DNA from: Lama guanicoe
Taxonomy: Eukaryota
DNA length: 64,000 bases
Assembly (NCBI GenBank): GCA_013239625.1
Contig: MU057344.1
Coordinates: 12,917,276 to 12,981,275, forward strand
Reading direction: 5' to 3'
Position numbers and translations under genes: made by a program. The notes below the pieces were generated by a model. That model was not told the DNA's origin and did no database searches. It saw only the letters and a program-made list of their open reading frames with translations. Shown here piece after piece: positions 1-13,596 of this stretch (the first letter of the stretch is position 1; each line of letters begins with the position of its first letter).

Positions 1-386
1 AGCACAGTTACCAGGTCTGCAGATGGCACTGCCAGACAGAGGCCTGTGGGAGAGCCGGAGCGGTGACATAAGTACACCACGCTCCCTTCTGCTCCATGAA
101 GAGAGGACATGGATGCAGGTGACTGTACTCCAGTGGAGTGTCCAGAATCGGAAGCTTTTTACCATCACAGGACCTGCTCAGCTCTGCTCTGGCTCACGAT
201 GTGACACACCTGCCTCCGTACACAAACGTTCCACCAAACGCAGCAATCCCTGCTCAACCTGCCCCCCCCCGTGACCAAGCCCACGCCAGCATGAAAGGAC
301 GAGGGAAGCAGGCTGCGGTGGGAAACGGTGCCTCTCTGGGCAGCTTCTGCCTCAGCCTCTAGCTGACCAAGATGACCAGGACACAG

Positions 387-404
387 CCCCCCCCCCCCCC
401 CCCC
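387..404. repeat. C18 homopolymer (G18 in the UBR4 pre-mRNA)
   Basis: Direct read. Confidence 0.95.
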
Positions 405-1770
405 TAAGGGACGTGAGCATGGGTTACAAATGTCTGGCATTTGAGAAACACAGTAACACCTGAAGCCACCAGCTCTGTTCTGCTGGGCAAATCATGCTGC
501 CTCTCTGGGTCTGTATTTCTCCCCAGAGAACGGAAAAGTCCACTCTACCTCACGGCTGCCAAGAAGAGACAAGGGCTCTGTCAAAGGCCCCACGGACACT
601 GGCAATTAGCACTGCTCAGGCCTGAAGCAGTTTCGATAATGGGAATGTTTGTACTGTCAATGATGCAGGTGCTTCTTCTGACAGCCTGAACATTTGAGTA
701 GATGATGTAATGACTGATGGAGACCCGCCAGTGCCTCTTTTTAACAATGAAGCCTGTGGTCTCCAGGTCAGCCTTTTATCTCATAAGGAAATGGGAGGGA
801 AGGAGAAAATAACTTTGATGAAGACCAGAAAGGACAAGAGACAGATTGTTCTGTTGCCTAAACTGAACTGCAGCTGCCTTGGGTGGACTGTACGCAGCCT
901 CTCAACAACCTGTCAATACTCTGCCCAATAGGTGTGTACGACTCCTGCGGAAGACGGGGCTGAAAAGGATGAGACCGTTAAAATTAAATCTAAGAGCTAA
1001 AGTATATTAAATCTAGGGTGGAATGAAAGACTGTTCTCTGCCCACTTAGCATTTCTTTAAAATTACACCTTTAAAGCAAAAAAAGAAACAAACCAAAAAA
1101 ATAAAATTAAATTAAAAAATAACACCTTCATGTATCAACCTGATTCACCACGTACATACAGCTAAAGACAAAAATCTGGGTTTTTTCCCAGGCTACCTTC
1201 CTTCTCAGTTGACTTTCCCAAATAATCTTCAACAACCCCTCTCCCCTGACAGTTGCCAGAAGCATTACTCACTGGAGAGGAAACAGGGGGATCAAGTCCA
1301 GTTTCCATTTCTGAAATAATCGGTGTTTGCTTCTGCCACATCCTCAAACTATGAAACGAGCTGTAACAACCTGTGTGCCCTTGACAGTGACTGTGTGCAG
1401 CCCGGACCCACAGCCTCCCCCATCCAAGGGAACAGAGTCTTGCAAGTAGAGGCTACACTGAAGCAGAAGCTTTGATGATCTGGCCTCTTCCACTTCCTGT
1501 TCCGCTCTGGGCTGCAGGTCAGTCCAAGGATGCAGCCCTTGGATGCCTCTGGCAGGAGCTGAGACAGTTTTGGAAAAGCCACCCTCCTGCTTTATCCTGT
1601 GTGACTCTAAAAGGGCGCAGATGAACATTCCGACTTTGGTAAAGGCTGCCTTGGGCCAGACGTTAGTTCTGGAACTAACTATAGCGGATGTGGGAAAGCT
1701 GGGAGAGCTCGCTGGGCAGGGGAACACAGGGTCGGTCAGCCCGGGCGGCCCCGAGACATGGGATACTGAC

Positions 1771-1965
1771 GTGTTCAGCACGTAAAGCACAGTGTGAACG
1801 ATGTACGGGATCAGGTGGATGTTGCTCTCCCGGCCGCCCCCACCGGTGTCCGCGCTGAATGACTGCTCCATGGCGAAGCGCAGGAAGAGCAGCTTGATGT
1901 CGTGGATGTTGAGCTGGTACGTGGGCTCCCGCTGGCCCGTGCACTCCTGGAGGTAAGTGTTGTGC
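1771..1965 (-). CDS. UBR4: UBR4 exon (R)HNTYLQEC...VLYVLNT, hemiRING/UZI region
   Basis: cctag acceptor, GTCAGT donor, 195 nt, phase 2-2. Confidence 0.95.
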
Positions 1966-3004
1966 CTAGGGAGAAGCACAACGGACGGTGAGATGGAATC
2001 AAGTTCCCTGTTGGGAAGGCAGAGCCCCTCATCGGGCCACTGGCTGTGAAGGTTACACAGATATGGACGGAGAACGAAAGAGAGTCAAGGACAAGAGCTG
2101 GGCTGGAAGACAAACGCAGGGGCCACTTTCATTTCCACTGTGATGGAAGGCGATGCTCTCCAAGCTTTGATGAGAACGCGCGGTTTTGCAGAGCCCATCT
2201 CTCGATGGACCAATGTCATAGGACATACTGTGACACATCTGGAAGTACATTTTGGAAGAAGCAATGTAGGACGTACTGATTCTGACTGACAGGGTGCTCT
2301 TCCTGATCACCTCAACCTCCAAATAGAAGTTTTTTTCTATGTCAATATACGTTATCATCTATCTGGGCTCTACCTCTGATTAACTGTGTGTCTTGATTTC
2401 TTCATCTATAGAACGTGTATAATAATAACACATGGTAAGCATTTCAATACACTGCCCAACATTACTTTCATCATTATCACTGCCAAGAACCTGGTCTATG
2501 GCAAGTACCTTTCCATCCCTGAGCTTTAAAATAGGACTTGGGGTAGGGCACCACTCCACAAGGCATCTGCAAGAGATGAGGACCTCAAAGAAGGTTTAGC
2601 TACTCTACTCTGGATTTTAGGTCCAGGGAGGCTCTGAAAGATACGCCCCATGCCATTAAGCTATTTTCATTATTTAAACCTCAGAGAAATAAAAGTAAAC
2701 TCTGGGAAACTCTGGCCTCAAGGACCAAGTCAGGGGCCCTGTGTTTCGTGTCTTAGAACAGCAGCGGAGGAGAGGCGGCAGATCGCTGGAGAGTGCACGC
2801 ACTGCGCCAGACGCGAGGCTGAGTCCGCTGGTTTCTCCCAGCAGAGCCCTTCCATTTGAACAGCTCCCCTGTCAGTAAGCAGAGAAACACGTGGGTTCCT
2901 GTTGAAGCTGACAGGACATGGTGCCCTGGGGGCTGGACTGACAGCTGATCTTCCCCCATCTCCTGAGAATCCTCTTTCCATCACGCAAAACACTCCACAC
3001 TCAC

Positions 3005-3130
3005 CTTGCCAGGCAGGTGGCAAAAGCTGACTCAGGGACGTGGGGCCCCCAGACCGGAAGGAGCCCGTTGCACTTAGTGTTGGCGTTCTGAAGGGCGGCA
3101 CTCTCCCACTCTTCCCGGCCCCGAGCCAGC
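3005..3130 (-). CDS. UBR4: UBR4 exon LARGREEW...ATCLA(R), hemiRING
   Basis: tctag / GTGAGT, 126 nt. Confidence 0.95.
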
Positions 3131-3584
3131 CTAGATTGGGAGGAGAGCAGGGACAAGTGACTGCAGGAATTAATTTGGCAACCAGGCAGCTGGCTGAGTG
3201 AGGTAGAGAAGGGCTTGTTAACATCAAGGAAGTAAGCTAATGTGCCCGACCACAGACAGAACCAGCCATTGTACTGCGACATGGTCAGCACCGGCCGCAC
3301 TGCTTCAGGTCAGCAAGACTGCTCTCAGCAGCCCTGGGCAAAAAGCCGAGTGTACTTTCCTGGTCAAATGGCAGGAATGGCTCTTGGGCCCATATGGTTG
3401 AAGGGAGGACACCCTACTTCCCAGAGACTAAGGAAGAGAACTGAAGCCTCGGGGCGGTGGTCCCACCCACTCCCTGTCCCGGCCCTGAGCAAGCTGCCCA
3501 CTCCCTGCAGTGACCCAGGTCTAGAGCTGATCCACACTGAGGGGAGACATGGTGAAGGAGCCACTCCACAAGAGCCAGGCCTAC

Positions 3585-3727
3585 CTGACAGCAGCCAGGT
3601 GGCAGTCGTAGTGCACGATGTTGAAGTGGGACACGGTGCTGTAGCCCTGCTGCTTCCGGGGCTTGTTCTCCATCTCCTCCAACGCTACCCGCTTGGTGAA
3701 GGTGTAAATGCCCAGGACCTTGGTGGG
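3585..3727 (-). CDS. UBR4: UBR4 exon PTKVLGIY...HYDCHLAAV(R), hemiRING Zn ligands
   Basis: tgcag / GTAGGC, 143 nt. Confidence 0.95.
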
Positions 3728-4698
3728 CTGCAAAGACAACATGGGCAGGAGAGGTGAGAAACTCCAAGGCGGGTGCTGGAAGGGGTGCAGGAGAGCAGAG
3801 GAGACCCCAGCGCCTGCCTTCTGAGGAGGGGATGTGTTCGGGAGAGGGGGTGACAGTGAGCCCCTCAGTCTCTTGGTTAAGCACTTGGCTGGGCACAGCC
3901 CCAGGAAATACGGGTGGGGAGCAACCAAAATAAAGGATGCTGCGCAGACAGAAGGGCAAAAATGTAAGCCTGAACTGTCCTTTTGTTTTTACTTCATTCA
4001 TCTGAAAACGAAGAATAAAGTGCCTTCTTGGTAAGTCACCTGCTTTTCAAAACTTACCAAAAGGCTCCAAGGAGCCTGTGTCGCAGCAGGACTCGCAGGG
4101 CTTGTGGCCCAGGGTACTTGCCCTTCAAGGAACTTGGGTGCTAAGCAGTAAATTTAAGCTGGAGAGGAAGAGGATGCCTTTTAAAACGGCCTTTAGTGGA
4201 GCAAACTGGTTCCCTGCTGTTCTTCTCCTTTCAGATGTAAATCTAGTTTGGTGAAGCCTAGAAAGCCGGGGTCCTGATCTCCCCCAGCTATCTGCAATGG
4301 CAGCTGCGTGGTGTCTTTTGAAGTCTCAGGTCGGGAGTCAGAGAGCCTGGGCTAGAACTTGGGCTCTGCTACGTGAACTGTTTTCTCATCCATAAATTAG
4401 GGCTTTTTACAGTTTTAAAGATAAAATTAGCCAGTTAACACAAAGGCTCCGGGCACAGGGCCCAGCATACAGAAGGAACCCAATGAGTGGTTGTTGATGG
4501 TGACAGTGTTGATGAAGACAATGATCTGACTAATGTTCAAATCAGTTTCTCTTCCTGCCTTTAAAGAGGACAGCTGGCCTTAAGACATGAGCCTTGACTC
4601 TGGCCTAAGAACAGGAGAGGGAGGCCACCGGAACAGGGGGCCAGGCTGCACCCGCAAGCCCGGGCCCTCACGACTGCCTACAGGGCCAGCAGCTGTAC

Positions 4699-4812
4699 CT
4701 GGAACTTGTACCCCTCCCTGCAGATGCAGCACGTGAGGCCCGGCTCCTCAATCAGCTCCTCCATCTGCTTCAGGAGCGCCGTCTTGGTCACAACCTGGCC
4801 CTTTTCATTCGT
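4699..4812 (-). CDS. UBR4: UBR4 exon TNEKGQ...TCCICREGYKFQ
   Basis: tacag / GTACAG, 114 nt. Confidence 0.95.
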
Positions 4813-5199
4813 CTGTAGGAGGAACCAGGCGCATGTCAGGCGGGGATCCACCCACCCTCCCACCACAGCTTGGGGACACGCAGGCACAGGGCCGACTGTC
4901 CATATACACTAAAGGACTGAAAGGAAAGCTCTTCAGCTGGTTTCTAATGAGGGTAAAGACCCAGATTCTCCTGCCATCTCTTCCTACAGGAACCACTGAA
5001 GCAGAGGAAGCCATCCAGCTGGAACCCTGGCACGCCGCCACTTGCCACCAAAACAGTCCCCTTTCTTTGTGCCAGCAGTACCAAGTCTCAGCTGCCAAGG
5101 GCTGTTGCAGTATGAGTCACTTACTGTTCCCATGGGAGTTTTAAAACTGCTGACACTCAAGTGTGTTGGTCTGGAAAAGGCTACTGCTTCCTCCACAGT

Positions 5200-5425
5200 G
5201 GGCCAGTGAAAAGAGCACAGAGCCCTTCACATTGAACAGACCCGGTTCAAATGCCTATCAACCACTTGTTAGTTACGTGCCCTGGCCTATTTACATCACC
5301 TCTCGGCCTCAATTAGTTCATCTAGAAAATGGGTATAATACCAACCTCACAGAACCACTTGAGGGCTTAAATAAAATCTTACAAGTAAGGTGCCTAAGCA
5401 CAGTGGCTGGCATATAGTAAATCCT
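5200..5425 (+). mobile_element. MIR SINE (boundaries approximate)
   Basis: ggttcaaatgcc...cctcaattagttcatctagaaaatgggtataata...gtgcctaagcacagtggctggcatatagtaa, MIR core and tail. Confidence 0.8.
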
Positions 5426-5716
5426 TGATAAACAAAGTTATCACCATTTTTCCCGTTTTTGTGAACTTGTTAAGTCATTTAACCTCCAAGTCTCATCTGT
5501 AGAGCAGAACAAGGACAGTCCCATCTCTAAGGGTTGCCGGGAAAGTCAGACAAGGTGCAGCCTCTAGCACAGTGCCCAGCACTCCTCCTTCTCTCCGCCC
5601 CCGTCCTCCTCCCCCACCATCCAGCCTTCGCCTTCACCAATCCCCACCCGTCTCTGTCCACACTGTGCCACTGCCACCTCCTCATCACCAGGGCAGGCAC
5701 GACCACGCGGCCATAC

Positions 5717-5935
5717 CGTCATGCCCAGCGTGCCCAGAGCCTTCTGCCTCATGGCCATGGCCATGCGCTTCTTCTCAGCCCGTGTCTCCCTGCGGGCCGC
5801 GTCAATCTTCTTGTTCACGTCAGGGTGTTCCCGCAGCGCCTCCAGCAGGTTCTCTGCCAGGGTCCCAATGCCCTCATCACTGGACACCTGCTCCAGTTTA
5901 TGCAGGTTTGTGATGGAGTCAGTTCCAATCAGAAC
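5717..5935 (-). CDS. UBR4: UBR4 exon VLIGTDS...GTLGMT
   Basis: ggcag / GTATGG, 219 nt. Confidence 0.95.
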
Positions 5936-7019
5936 CTGCCAAGAAGGGACCAGAGAGATGAAGGCCTCCAATTATGTAGCCAAGTGTTCTTCTCAGGGGC
6001 TTAAAGGTTTAAAAAAATTAACAGAATGTGCACAATCTCATGTCATCTGCTTGGTTTCAATCAGATCCTTTGATTTTACATTTCAAGAGATTTGGACAAA
6101 TGGAAGAGATTGAGGCTCTGCCACTGACCAGACTGGTCACCATGCTCTCCAGCCTCAACATCCCTCTCTGTAAGAGGGGGGCAGTGCCAGGGCTGCTGTG
6201 ATGACTGACTCAGATAACATATGCAAAGCCCCCAGCACAGTCCAAGTGCAAGGAGCTCAGGTAAGATTCCCTGGAGAAGCAGCAGCTGACGAAGCCTCGT
6301 GGTGAACTCGTGACCACACTGGGCACAGCAGGCCCTTGGCATTCCCAGGGCTGTGCTGAGTTCTTCATCTGGGATCACCAAACCCAGGAGCACAGGAGTT
6401 TTCTCAACTTAGGGATTCCAGAGGTACAACTACATGGGGAAGTGGGGATGAGAAAAAAACTAAAAAAAAAAAAAAGTAAACCCAAAAAATCCCTATGCTT
6501 AAAAATGTTGGCACCACACTATTGACGGGGATGGGAAAACATCACAACACTGAAGGCAAGTGTAGAGTCTGAAAAAGCTCTCCAGGCGAGCTCACTGAGA
6601 AATCTGCACCACCCCATCACTAGTGAGTTGACAGTTCATACTTGACAATAAATCAAAACAACAAAGCCAGCTTGCAATGTGAGAGCTCAGCACCCAGGTC
6701 ACTCACTAGCTCGTAAATCTCTTTTCACAGCAGGTATGCTTCAAATTTGTACCTCAGGAAAACTTCAGGTTAGCTGACATCTCACAGTCCTCAACGCTCA
6801 TAGTTCAACTGCTTACTCAGTGTTCCACAGGAACCCTACACTCAACACTCTGGGTGTTTACTGTGCATGTGTGTACACACGTGTGTGTGAAGCAGTGTTG
6901 CAGGTGTTGGGGAAACAAAGCTCCTGCCCTCCTGAAGCTTATGTTCTAGTTACAAAAATAGTCTAACAGAGCGGACTCTCCTCCACCTCATCCCAACCCT
7001 CCTAGGCTCTCCATCTCTT

Positions 7020-7660
7020 CTGCTGACACCACCACTCCCCTGTCACTTAATCCAGGCACTGAGGAGAGTTCTGCATTCATCCAGCTCTTCACTCCCCCTC
7101 ATGCAACCCATCTCCAAATCCCATTTATTCCACCTCCCAGAGCTCTGCCGAATCCATTCACTGTCCACTGCACTAACCAGAGTCCCGCTGCCATGGCCTC
7201 TCACCAAGACTATTGTAAAAGCCTGCCAACTGTTCTTTCGACCTCTCATCTCACCTCCTTCCAATTCATCTTCTAAAATATGGCCAGGGGCACTATCCTC
7301 AGAAGAAAACCACACTCCTCTCCTTGGAGAATGTGATCTGGACCCAAGCGCATGTCTCCAGCGACAGCTCTTGCCATGCCTCACCTTCAGTGCAACTGCC
7401 TTCCGATTCCTGGAGTGCTTTAAGCTCTCCTGCCTCTGAGCCTTTGCAGGTGCCATACTCCCTCATTAGAAATCCTCCTTCCTCTGACCCCTTCCACACT
7501 GCACTTACCCCCTCAGCTATCACTACGTATTTAACTCTACCCTCCACCAGACAGGAAGCTCCCAGAAGGCACAGACTGTGACTGTCTTGTTCACCAATAC
7601 TGCCTCAGCCTAACCCAGCACAGGCACACGCCAGGCACTACATAAATACGTGTTGAAAGA
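7020..7660 (+). mobile_element. L2 LINE 3' fragment
   Basis: Pyrimidine-rich L2-like body ending ...tcttgttcacc...cccagcacaggcac...cataaatacgtgttgaa. Confidence 0.65.
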
Positions 7661-8079
7661 GAAGCGAATGGTCAGAGATTAAGCCTTATTTTTTAAGTAA
7701 TTCAATTTAGTAGCTAAGAATAAGCCTGGAATCCCCTGACCTGAATTCTCAGCTCTGTGTTGCTACTGCGGCCAAATCACTGTTCTGTCCCTTGATTTAC
7801 CCACATTCAAAATAAAGATGTTCCAAGCTGGGGGAAAAATAAGTGAAAAAACTCTTACGTAGGAAGAATTATCTCCACAAAGAGGTATTAATTATGACTG
7901 TCTCCACTGAATTGAACAAAAGTTGAGAACAATAGTTATTGGAGCAAGACATATGAAAGAATCTTTACTGTAATCAGTTAACCACGTTGTTGGAATGAGT
8001 TCTCAGAACAGATTACCAAGTGAGAACGTGCAACTATATTCAAGGTAGGCTGCTCTAAACAGAAAAAAAAATGCAGTCC

Positions 8080-9010
8080 TGAGGACTCTCAGAACTCAAC
8101 CTTAAAAAAAAACAAACAATACTATTAGAAAATGGGCAAAAAATATGGACAGATCTCTCAGCAGACAGACATATGAAGCACATGAAAAGGTGTGCAGCAT
8201 CGTTAGCCCATAGCGAAACGCAAATGAAAACCATGAGACGTCACTCCGCATCTATCAGCAAGGCCAAAATAAAACATAGTGACACCGCCAAATGCTGCGG
8301 AGGACGCAGACAATGCAGATTGCTCACATGTGCTAGTGGGAACGCAGAGAGGTGCAGCCACTCTAGATAGAGGACAGTCTGGCAGTTCCTTGTAAAGCAA
8401 ACTAACGCACTACCACACAAGTCAGCAACTGCAGTCTTGGGCATTTGTCCCAGAAAAGTGAGAACTTATTCACACAAAAACCTGTACATGCACATTCACA
8501 GCAGCTTTATTCGTGACAGCCTCAAACTAGCAACAACCCGGAAGCCCTTTAATGGGTGATGGTTAAACAGGCAGTGGTGCAACCCCAACGGGGACACAGC
8601 CCAGCAGTAAGACAGAACAAACTACTGATATGCACACCAACCAGGACGCACCACCAAAAACTTACACCGAGTGAAAAAGCCAGTCCCCAAAGGTTACATG
8701 CTGTATGATTCCATTTAGTCTATCACATTCTTAACATGACAAAATTACAGAGATGGAGAGATGGTTGCCAGGTTAGGGAAGGTGGATGTGGCTATAAAAG
8801 GGCAACAAGAGGGGACCCTGTGGTGATGAAACTGTCCTGAATTCGAATGCATCGACGTCAGTACCCTGGCTGTGATAATTTACTACAGTTCTGCAAGATG
8901 TTCCCAGGGAGAGAGACTTAGTAATGGGTACCAAGGATGTCTCTGTGTTACCTCTTAATGACTGCTTGTGAATCTAAAATTATCTCAAAATAAAAAGTTT
9001 AGTTAAAAAA
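8080..9010 (+). mobile_element. Old L1 (L1MC/MD-like) ORF2 end and 3' UTR, antisense to UBR4
   Basis: aaaatgggcaaa...atgcaaat-like ORF2 tail, cagcagctttattc, tgtatgattccattt, ends tctcaaaataaaaagttt. Confidence 0.85.
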
Positions 9011-9520
9011 ACACATCCAGTCTGGCCACCTGTCTGGGCCAGTTAGGGTTTGTGAAGGTGACCAGTACCCCGGTCCAGTGACTATCAGGGACGGGCGGTA
9101 CAGTGGACAGGTGGGCCTCCCTGAGAACCCACCCAGTTTCTGGCTGCCAGAGGCAGAGCAGAAAATGGCAGTGATGGCATTACAAGTGTCCCAGGGACTG
9201 TGGCCAAAAAATCAAAACTGTTTTACGCTCTGGCCAGCCACACCCTTGCAACTGCTGCTCAGCGGAGCCGTGAGATAATGAAGCCTCACATAAGGATGAG
9301 ATGAATGAGGAAATCACAAGTGGATCTCAATCCTCTCCACAAACAGAGATGAACCAGATGCTTCCGAGAGTCCCTTCTACTCCAGGAGTCTTATGTTAGG
9401 GCAGTCATGTCTCAGGGCTAATCAAGGTGGCTGTCGCAGGAGATGAGAAGAGTGTGCACGGTTCCCTCACACGACGTGTCCTGCTCAGGAATAAGGTCCG
9501 CGTGCATGCCGGTTACTCAC

Positions 9521-9620
9521 CTGGGTGGCAGGGTGCTGGATGGCCAGCCCCCGAAGAAGCCTCAAGATAAATGGCAGGGCTGGACGAGACAAAAACTTCT
9601 TCCAGATGTCAGCATCCAAA
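9521..9620 (-). CDS. UBR4: UBR4 exon LDADIWKK...HPATQ
   Basis: tgcag / GTGAGT, 100 nt. Confidence 0.95.
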
Positions 9621-9945
9621 CTGCAAAACAAAAGTGTTATCAGCAGGCCAGAGAAGCAAAGGCCCCCTAGGAACAGGCTGTGGGTTCTGGCTTGTTTAGA
9701 CGTGACCCTTCCAGCGCACCATAAAGAATCACAAAGGACCACGCGCCTCAGCTGAGAAACCAGATAGAAACGGGTACTCTAAACAGAAACCAACAAGCTG
9801 CCATCCTTGCCCGTAGCCCCAAAGGACTCTGCAGTGGCTGCGTGGTCACCTCGCTAGTTTCCAGGAGGGGAGGGAGACCCCAAGGAAGGCAAAAGGATGC
9901 CAAGGTGGTGAAGGAGAAAAGGCGCCTGACAGAGGGACTCCTTAC

Positions 9946-10119
9946 TTCTTGGCACTGGGAATGTGCTTCTTCATGTAGTCAAGTGCACTCTGGGTGATTC
10001 CCTTCTGGAGAATCAGATCCTTCAGCTGGTGCCCATTGCTGTTGTTCTTGATGCCGGCTGCTATTTTACAGAAGCAGTCCAGGAAGACTTTATCATCGCC
10101 ACTGTGGTCCTCATCGTAC
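9946..10119 (-). CDS. UBR4: UBR4 exon YDEDHSG...IPSAK(N)
   Basis: cctag / GTAAGG, 174 nt. Confidence 0.95.
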
Positions 10120-10573
10120 CTAGGAGGAAAGAGCAAAGACGGCCATAAAAGCTGATCAATTTATTCTCTTGGTTAACAATCCTCAGTGACTTGACTTCAA
10201 TGATTAGACCTGAACTCTAGGTTCAAGTCCAAGCTCCTGAGCATAACACAGAGACCCTTCTGACCTGGCCCCTGCCATTCTCCCTCTTACCTGCCACATC
10301 CCCCAAGCTCCCAACATTCTCTCGCATTCTCCTCCATCTTGTCATACCCTCTCCCATGTCACCAACCACTTCACCTTCTCTGCCTTGCCAGCTGCTACTT
10401 TAACACAGTATATTTTAATTATTGACTCCCCAGTTTGGACCGAGTCTCTTAAAGGCCAGGCTGGCAGACAAATATCTAATAGAAACTCAGGTGATTCCTC
10501 CTTATTCTCGCAGAACTAGTTCAGGGTTTTTCTGGGGACTCTCATTCAGCTGTCTGGAGTCCAAGCAACATAC

Positions 10574-10764
10574 TTATCAAAACTGCAGTAAGGTTTGAAC
10601 CGCTCCACCAAGATCTGCATTTTCTCCACCTCTCCAAAGGAAAGGTATGGGATGATGCGAAGCAAGCCCTGGAGCACGCTAGGGTTGGAGCGAACAAAGG
10701 TGCTATTGATCTGGTCCAAGAGCATCACGAGCTGATCCTTGTCACCCGTCAAGAGGAGGTTGCC
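10574..10764 (-). CDS. UBR4: UBR4 exon GNLLLTGDK...YCSFD(K)
   Basis: tgcag / GTATGT, 191 nt. Confidence 0.95.
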
Positions 10765-11477
10765 CTGCAATAAGGAGGGAGTTGGAAGGCCCATTAATAA
10801 GGTCGGGGCTTTAGCTATATACAGCCAATACCAGACCCCTAAAGGTCATCCACTTCCGTCAGAGTCATCCCTAGGAAAAGTGTCTCAGCACTTCCTGGGG
10901 AACAATCAACAGTGTGAAGGCCATCTCGTAAATTACTTTCTGAGTCTCCGTGGTGGCTCTGTTAATACCAGGTGGTCAAAATATACCAACACAATCTCCT
11001 GCTCCCCCAGGAGAATGCTGGCTGCCTGAGATTCATTTGATGGTATCTCTAGCCTTAGCACCAGTAAGAATGAAGGAATGCACAGCAGCGTTAAGTAGAG
11101 AGAAACTGAACTGGGAGTTGGCGGTGTGGGTTCTAGGCCTCCAACTACGCAGTAACCAACTATATGACAACAAATGGCTCAGTTCATTTCTCTAGACTTG
11201 GAGTTCCCTCCACTATGAAATGAGGGGCTGTACTAAGCCTCTGTCTATCAGCTGGGACAGCCAGGACTTCATTAAGGAGCAGCTTCTGAGTGAAAGAATC
11301 TCCTTGGCAACTTTGTTGCCTCTGAATCTGGAGCTCAGGCTTCAATGTAATGATGTCACCATTAGTTGAGCCTTGCCATTCCTATGAGCTGAGCAGGTTC
11401 AGCAGATCTCGGCTGACACAGCTGGACACAAACACGCCAGTGACTGGCAGTGAGGCAGAGTCTGCAGATGCACTCAC

Positions 11478-11597
11478 CTTGTCCTCACTCAGAGGCTCGG
11501 CGTTGGACTCATCCAGAATGATCTCCATGATGCTAAGCACCTGCTCGGCCACAGCTGCTCCACCACTATCCTTGCTTTCTTGCTCAGCAACCAGGGC
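11478..11597 (-). CDS. UBR4: UBR4 exon ALVAEQES...LSEDK
   Basis: tgcag / GTGAGT, 120 nt. Confidence 0.95.
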
Positions 11598-12073
11598 CTG
11601 CAGAGGGAGACCCAGTCACTCCAGGGGTATGACCACAACCATTCATTGCTGATGGGATCTGCTCCTCAAAGATGTTTCTCATGCCTTACTTCCCAGAGAC
11701 AGTGTACGTGCATGGAGGGTGGGGTGGGAGGGTAGGGGTGAAGCGTGTGGGCTTTTGAGGACAGTGAAAACGTGATGTTTCAGATTTCTGTCCGGTTGCC
11801 CTGAGGCGAATGGCACTAACTGTCCATTTGTGTGCAGTCTGGACTGTTGTAGGGACCAAGGTCCTTTCGCCTCTGATCTGAATTCAGGAAAGAAACATGA
11901 TGTAGGTGTCATGGCAGCAGCATGCATGGGGTGAGTCAGCAGGAGGATAAGGGACAGCGTGAATAATTCAAGCCTCTGAGCCCATCAGTTAGACAGATGA
12001 AGGGCCTGAAAAGGCCACAAATCCATTTCATCTGAGGGTGCGTTCTTTGCCTTTGACAGCCCACGCTCTTTAC

Positions 12074-12181
12074 CAAGTTGAGAGTCCCCAGCATGACGTT
12101 CAGAGTGTTCATTTCCAGCTTGACCAGCTGCTGCCGGTTGACTTTCACCTTCACGCAGTAACTGAACAATTTCAGCAGCAC
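12074..12181 (-). CDS. UBR4: UBR4 exon VLLKLFSY...GTLNL
   Basis: gtcag / GTAAAG, 108 nt. Confidence 0.95.
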
Positions 12182-13094
12182 CTGACAAGAAAAGCCAGTC
12201 AAAACCCATGAGACCACCTGAGAGTGAAGATGTGGGGACAAGCAGGAAAGAAATGTCCGGGAAGGGTCATGTACAGTCAGCGGACACTATCCTGAAATAC
12301 AGAGGACAGCAGGAGAAGGTTCCCTAAGGGTCATGATAAGGTGGCTGGGATCTCCTAGCAGACTGGTATTGTAAACAGCAATGTTCTCCAGTGGTAGCTG
12401 CCACGGTCTGGGTACATCGCTACCACCTCCAAAGCTATGGCAGTGACACCAATTCCTAATGGAACGGGTGATGCTCTGTTGTCTTGGGGGAAATTCCAGT
12501 ACTAACTCGGACTCTAATATAACTAACAGTAAACATAATGTTAATAGTAAACAGAACGATCCCAAAGCTCATGGCCTGTGGGAGCTCAGAACCATGTAGA
12601 TCATTTAAAACATAGGCACAGTGTATGCTCTCACATACCCTGAAGGCGAAGATAACAGTGTAATATTTGTGGTGCCTTTGGAATCCTCTACTCTTTCCTA
12701 GAGAGATAGTTGGATGAACACTCAAACAAAATCCTATAAGAAATGAGTTACTTATAAAATCTATTTAAAAAGCAGTAATAATAATTGACACGAGCGCATC
12801 TTGGGGGGAAAGACAATTAAACATTGGTTCCAAGTGTGACTAAAGGAATATAGCAGAAGGCTGCCATCAGACTGTTTCTGTGGGGGTTAGGCAGGGGGCC
12901 GGGAAGAAGGGAGTTGGAGAGGGAGTCTAAAGTGTCGAGAGCCAAGGAAGCTGCCAGGTCCTTCACTGGCTGGCGCTGGTCCGTGGCACCATGCTGCTCT
13001 CTAGGGTTAAACAGCACAGCAGCCACCAGCTTTCTTCCACAGGGGCCTCTCCCAAAGCAAAAGGGCTAGTCCCACCTTGCAGCCTCCAACTCAC

Positions 13095-13222
13095 TGTTAG
13101 AAGGTGGCGTCCCTGCTTGAAATCTTTGATCCCTGCCAGTCTGTTGAGCATGCATTCCAGGCCCCCACACTGGGCCATCACACCAGCCATCTTATACACT
13201 TCTTCCTCATCCTCTTCTTCAT
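13095..13222 (-). CDS. UBR4: UBR4 exon (D)EEEDEEEVY...GRHLLT
   Basis: cccag / GTGAGT, 128 nt. Confidence 0.95.
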
Positions 13223-13596
13223 CTGGGGGAAAAGGGAAGCCAAGCAGAAATGGAGGGGAAGGTGAAGACAGGAATAAAGCACAGCCCTCTTCCAGGCTGA
13301 CAGCTACTCCTCTTTTCCATACCTCCAATAGAGAAGGCAGTCAATAATAAAAGGGGTCAGTAATAGATATTAAATTACCAGCTTTTGTAGTTTTTTAAAG
13401 AATCAAGTCAATTAGAATCACACACTCAAATGTGAAAATATAAGTACTATAACTACCAATGGGAAAAAAAAACTAAATAAACATATTTGAACTCAAGTTT
13501 GTTGGCTAATGGCATTCTCCCTCCAACCCCAGAGGTATCTGAATGAGGTCATAGATAACTGTTTTTCCCCAGAGGAGTACTCTCCCCTCAATCCTG

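Noticed and set aside
1344-1979. 211-aa minus-strand ORF extending past the exon (also 28472-29059, 38354-38923, 36928-37476)
   Set aside because: Real exon plus chance intron read-through; good splice sites bound the homologous part.
2140-2310. TGATGA...CTGA box C/D-like motifs
   Set aside because: On the plus strand, opposite to the host transcript, with no clear terminal stem.
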